Source of the DNA: Anaerohalosphaeraceae bacterium
GTDB lineage: Bacteria; Planctomycetota; Phycisphaerae; Sedimentisphaerales; Anaerohalosphaeraceae
Assembly: GCA_963675525.2 (NCBI GenBank)
Contig: CAXXSL010000016.1
Span: forward strand, 352,001 to 416,000
Direction of reading: 5' to 3'
DNA: 64,000 nt
The notes beneath the pieces were generated by a model that saw nothing but the letters and a program-made list of their open reading frames with translations, searched no databases and was not told the origin of the DNA. Positions 61,081-64,000 of this stretch are shown here, one piece after another. The position numbers were made by a program, and so were the translations under genes. Positions within the stretch are counted from its first letter, which is position 1. Each line of letters begins with the position of its first letter.

Positions 61081-61436
61081 CCCCGGGCGAAACCCGGGGA
61101 AAACAATCACACCCCAACCCCCACGACCCCAACGGGGTCGAACAAAACAATCCTCATTCGTCCATAGAAAATCGAAACGTCCACCCCGTCCATGGAGCCT
61201 GTCCTGAGCGTAGCCGAATGGGTCCATGACCGTCCGTGTTCGTCCATCGACCATCAAAAGTCTGCGCAGCAGACGCCATGTTGTAGCCACGGGTGCCAGC
61301 CCGTGGACCAAAATCACAACCCCTCCCTCTGTGAGCCCGCGCAGCGGGCGACATAAATATCAAAAAATTCCACAAGCCCAAAGGGAAAACAATCACACAA
61401 CCCCCGACCCCGCAGGGGTCGAATAAAACAATCCTC
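61081..61436 (+). repeat. Mosaic array of GTAG-type REP-like palindromes
   Basis: CCCCGGG..CCCGGGG, CCACGGG..CCCGTGG, two GACCCC-nnn-GGGGTCGAA-n-AAAACAATCCTC units, two GGGAAAACAATCACAC. Confidence 0.85.
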
Positions 61437-61520
61437 CATCGTCAATCTTCATTCGTCAATTTTGTTGTCCCCACAGCCATTCCCCAGCGAAATCGGTAAA
61501 GTCAGATCACACCCGCCGCA

Positions 61521-63998
61521 TCATTCTTCGTAGATTGAGATGTTGTCGATGGCCATGTCGCCGAGAAAGTCGCCTGCGGCGACGCCGCGGAAGCGGACTT
61601 TGATCGTCCCGGTAAAGCTGCTCAAATCTACAACCGCTTCGGTGTAGGGGGCCGTACTTGAGGTATGCTGCTGGCCGGAGATGCTCCAGACGCCGTTGGT
61701 CCACGCCCCGCCGCTGTACACATCCACATTCAGCATCCCCATAGTCGATCCGTACATATGGTAGTAGAAACTAAGCACCCGGTTACTGCCGCCAATGTTC
61801 GGCCCTTCCAAGATCGCCGTATCGCCTGCCGTATAAGCATACCCGTCGGAAGTCTCCATATACGCATACCATGTACTGCCGCCTGCGCCGCTTGCAGGAC
61901 CCGTACTGCCGGACGGCGTGCCGCCGGAATCGCGGAACCACTCGTCCGTATCAACCCCGGTAACATTGGTCCATATCCCCCAGCCGGATTCAAAGTCTCC
62001 CTGGGTGCCGATCGCCAACTGTACAGTCACCGTCTGCGGACTGTTCACCGCCCCCGGATCGACAACATCGAAAGAATAACTGTATTGACCGCCGGATAAA
62101 CCCGTAATATCCACCGAAAGCGTTACCGGTTCGCTTTGACCCTGTCCCAGTGTTCCGCTTGTCGGCATTACGTTGAGCCAGTCCGGCTTGCCCGTCGTAT
62201 CGATCGACCAGTTCACCGTCCCCCCGCCGAGATTTTCAACCGCCAGAACTTGACTGTCCGGATTCGCGCCAGCCTCCAACCCAACAAAATTAAAATCAAC
62301 CTCCAAAACGGACAGGATGGGCCCGAGCCCGACCACTTCCAACCCCACCGTCACCGTCTGCGGGTTGTTCACCGCACCCGGCGCCATAACGTCAAACGCA
62401 TACGAATACTGCCCAACAGACAATCCGGTAATATCCACCGACAGCGTCACCGGTTCGCTTTGACCCTGTCCTAGTGTTCCGCTTGTCGGCGTTACGTTGA
62501 GCCAGTCCGGCTTGCCCGTCGTATCGATCGACCAGTTCACCGTCCCCCCGCCCGGATTGGAAATCGTTAGTACATTCGGGTCAGGATTCGTCCCGCTTTC
62601 ATAAACAACATAGGAAAAGGATGTTTCCGACACCCCTATAATTGGCCCGATTACCTCCAACTCCACTGTCACCGTCTGCGGGCTGTTCATCGCCGCCGGA
62701 TCGACAACGTCAAATGCATACGAATACTGCCCAACAGCAAGACCGGTAACATCCACCGACAGCGTCACCGGTTCACTTTCATCATGCCCAAGAGAACCGC
62801 TGGTCGGCGCTATCGTCAGCCACTCCGGCTTGCCCGTCGTATCGATCGACCAGTTCAGCATCCTGACGCCTGTGTTAAAAACAGTCAAAATATTCGGATC
62901 AGGATTAAATCCTCCTTCATAACCAACCGGCCAAAAGACTGTCTCAGAAACCTCCAGAATCGGTCCCGGTTCCCATAACCACTGGTAGGCAAATTCAGCC
63001 AGGTCATCGATATCCACAACGCCATTCAAATCAAAATCCGTATCCAGGAGATATTCAACTGTCTGCCAGTCTCGGGAAAACAAGGCGAAATCATGTAATG
63101 TGACGTGGTCATCATGGTCCAAGTCCGCCACGTTGCCGATCGGATTACCCGACATACTCGCCTCCGCCGTCCCGCCGTAGGCACCCATATTGATCCGGCC
63201 CCCATTCGGCCATAATTCATTCTGCCAGTCATTCGGGTCGCCAGGAATCACATCACTCGGTGCGCCCGCATCAATACACGGACTCGTCACAGTGTCAGTC
63301 ACCCATTCATTCGGATCCCATCGCCCATACTCGCTTTTCAGATGATAATCGCCACTATCCGCATCTGCAAACAACGGATTAGCGGTAATATTCCCCGTAC
63401 CGCCGCCTGTCCCTCCCTGGACACAGCTGTAAGATGGATGTGAACAACGAATAAGCTGATCCCCTGAACGTCCGGCATTATTGTTCCATATAATGCAGTT
63501 CACTATCGAACCATCACAATCATACAATCCACCACCATCAAGATCAGTCTCATTACCCAAAATTGTACAGTTGGTAATAATTCCATCACAATAAGCTAAT
63601 CCACCACCAAGACCGGGGCTGATATTGAACAAAATTGTACAGTTGGTAATTGAACCATCGCATCCATATAGTCCGCCGCCGTACCAGCCTGCTGTATTGC
63701 CGACGATGGTGCAGTTGGTAATTGAACCATCGCATCCATATAGTCCGCCGCCAGCACCTTTTGAATAGATTATCGTATTGTTCGAAATCGCGCAGTTCAT
63801 AACAGCCCCATCACAGTCACACAATCCTCCACCTACATATAATGCTCTATTACCGGTAATATTACAGCTTGAAATCGTCGCAAGTGTCCCATTACCCATA
63901 ATTCCCCCGCCAGAATCACTTGGATATGGACCTGTGGCGTAACCATTTGTAATCGTAAAGCCTCTCAACTGAAGATCAGACGTTTCACCGCCTGAAAA
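61521..63998 (-). CDS. Large extracellular multidomain protein (partial, N-terminus beyond window): beta-helix repeats, dockerin/EF-hand-like module, three BACON/Ig-like repeats, C-terminal MAM domain
   Basis: GGGL..CDG.I.NCTI repeats; DYHL..SPCIDAG; ADLDHD..V...DF / DFDLNG.VD..DL; 3x NWSIDTTGKP.WL...PTSG; DFESG..W..TPS..TGP..LSFYYHMYG..GDMAIDNI; frame open to window end. Confidence 0.85.
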   Translation of the reverse strand, partial: FSGGETSDLQLRGFTITNGYATGPYPSDSGGGIMGNGTLATISSCNITGNRALYVGGGLCDCDGAVMNCAISNNTIIYSKGAGGGLYGCDGSITNCTIVGNTAGWYGGGLYGCDGSITNCTILFNISPGLGGGLAYCDGIITNCTILGNETDLDGGGLYDCDGSIVNCIIWNNNAGRSGDQLIRCSHPSYSCVQGGTGGGTGNITANPLFADADSGDYHLKSEYGRWDPNEWVTDTVTSPCIDAGAPSDVIPGDPNDWQNELWPNGGRINMGAYGGTAEASMSGNPIGNVADLDHDDHVTLHDFALFSRDWQTVEYLLDTDFDLNGVVDIDDLAEFAYQWLWEPGPILEVSETVFWPVGYEGGFNPDPNILTVFNTGVRMLNWSIDTTGKPEWLTIAPTSGSLGHDESEPVTLSVDVTGLAVGQYSYAFDVVDPAAMNSPQTVTVELEVIGPIIGVSETSFSYVVYESGTNPDPNVLTISNPGGGTVNWSIDTTGKPDWLNVTPTSGTLGQGQSEPVTLSVDITGLSVGQYSYAFDVMAPGAVNNPQTVTVGLEVVGLGPILSVLEVDFNFVGLEAGANPDSQVLAVENLGGGTVNWSIDTTGKPDWLNVMPTSGTLGQGQSEPVTLSVDITGLSGGQYSYSFDVVDPGAVNSPQTVTVQLAIGTQGDFESGWGIWTNVTGVDTDEWFRDSGGTPSGSTGPASGAGGSTWYAYMETSDGYAYTAGDTAILEGPNIGGSNRVLSFYYHMYGSTMGMLNVDVYSGGAWTNGVWSISGQQHTSSTAPYTEAVVDLSSFTGTIKVRFRGVAAGDFLGDMAIDNISIYEE

Positions 63999-64000
63999 GG

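Noticed and set aside
60599..61426. Several short ORFs over the IS right end and repeat array
   Set aside because: Antisense or repeat-derived; region is better explained as ncRNA and REP elements
61081..61436. CRISPR array
   Set aside because: Repeats are heterogeneous palindromes without constant-length repeat/spacer periodicity; no cas genes
62040..62860. DGR template/variable repeat pair in the surface protein
   Set aside because: Repeats are in-frame domain duplications, differences are not adenine-specific by eye, and no reverse transcriptase is present

Overview
Chromosomal window from a bacterium that looks like an anaerobic Planctomycetota member (Phycisphaerae/Sedimentisphaerales-like). 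This is inferred from gene style: PEP-CTERM protein, planctomycete-type hypotheticals, Ser/Thr kinase, fhs-folD, ackA. Housekeeping genes include the trpC end, hisHF, cimA, fhs, folD, mgtE, ackA, rnr and rpsT. A probable accessory metal-homeostasis region (His-rich Ni/Co permease, OprB-like porin, NikR, CzcCBA) abuts the 3' end of tRNA-Ser(CGA). There are two paralogous 'membrane-anchored PilB/GspE-like ATPase + CvpA-like' modules and several apparent pseudo-enzymes. The highlight is a complete ~1.4 kb IS110-family (IS1111-type) element at 59679-61078, inserted at an AG core inside a GTAG-type REP-like repeat. Its ends, sub-terminal inverted repeats, circle-junction promoter and an empty sister target ~200 bp away can all be read from the sequence. 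So can a putative bridge/seek RNA with segments matching both the target and the donor junction. All calls are by eye; no database searches were run.
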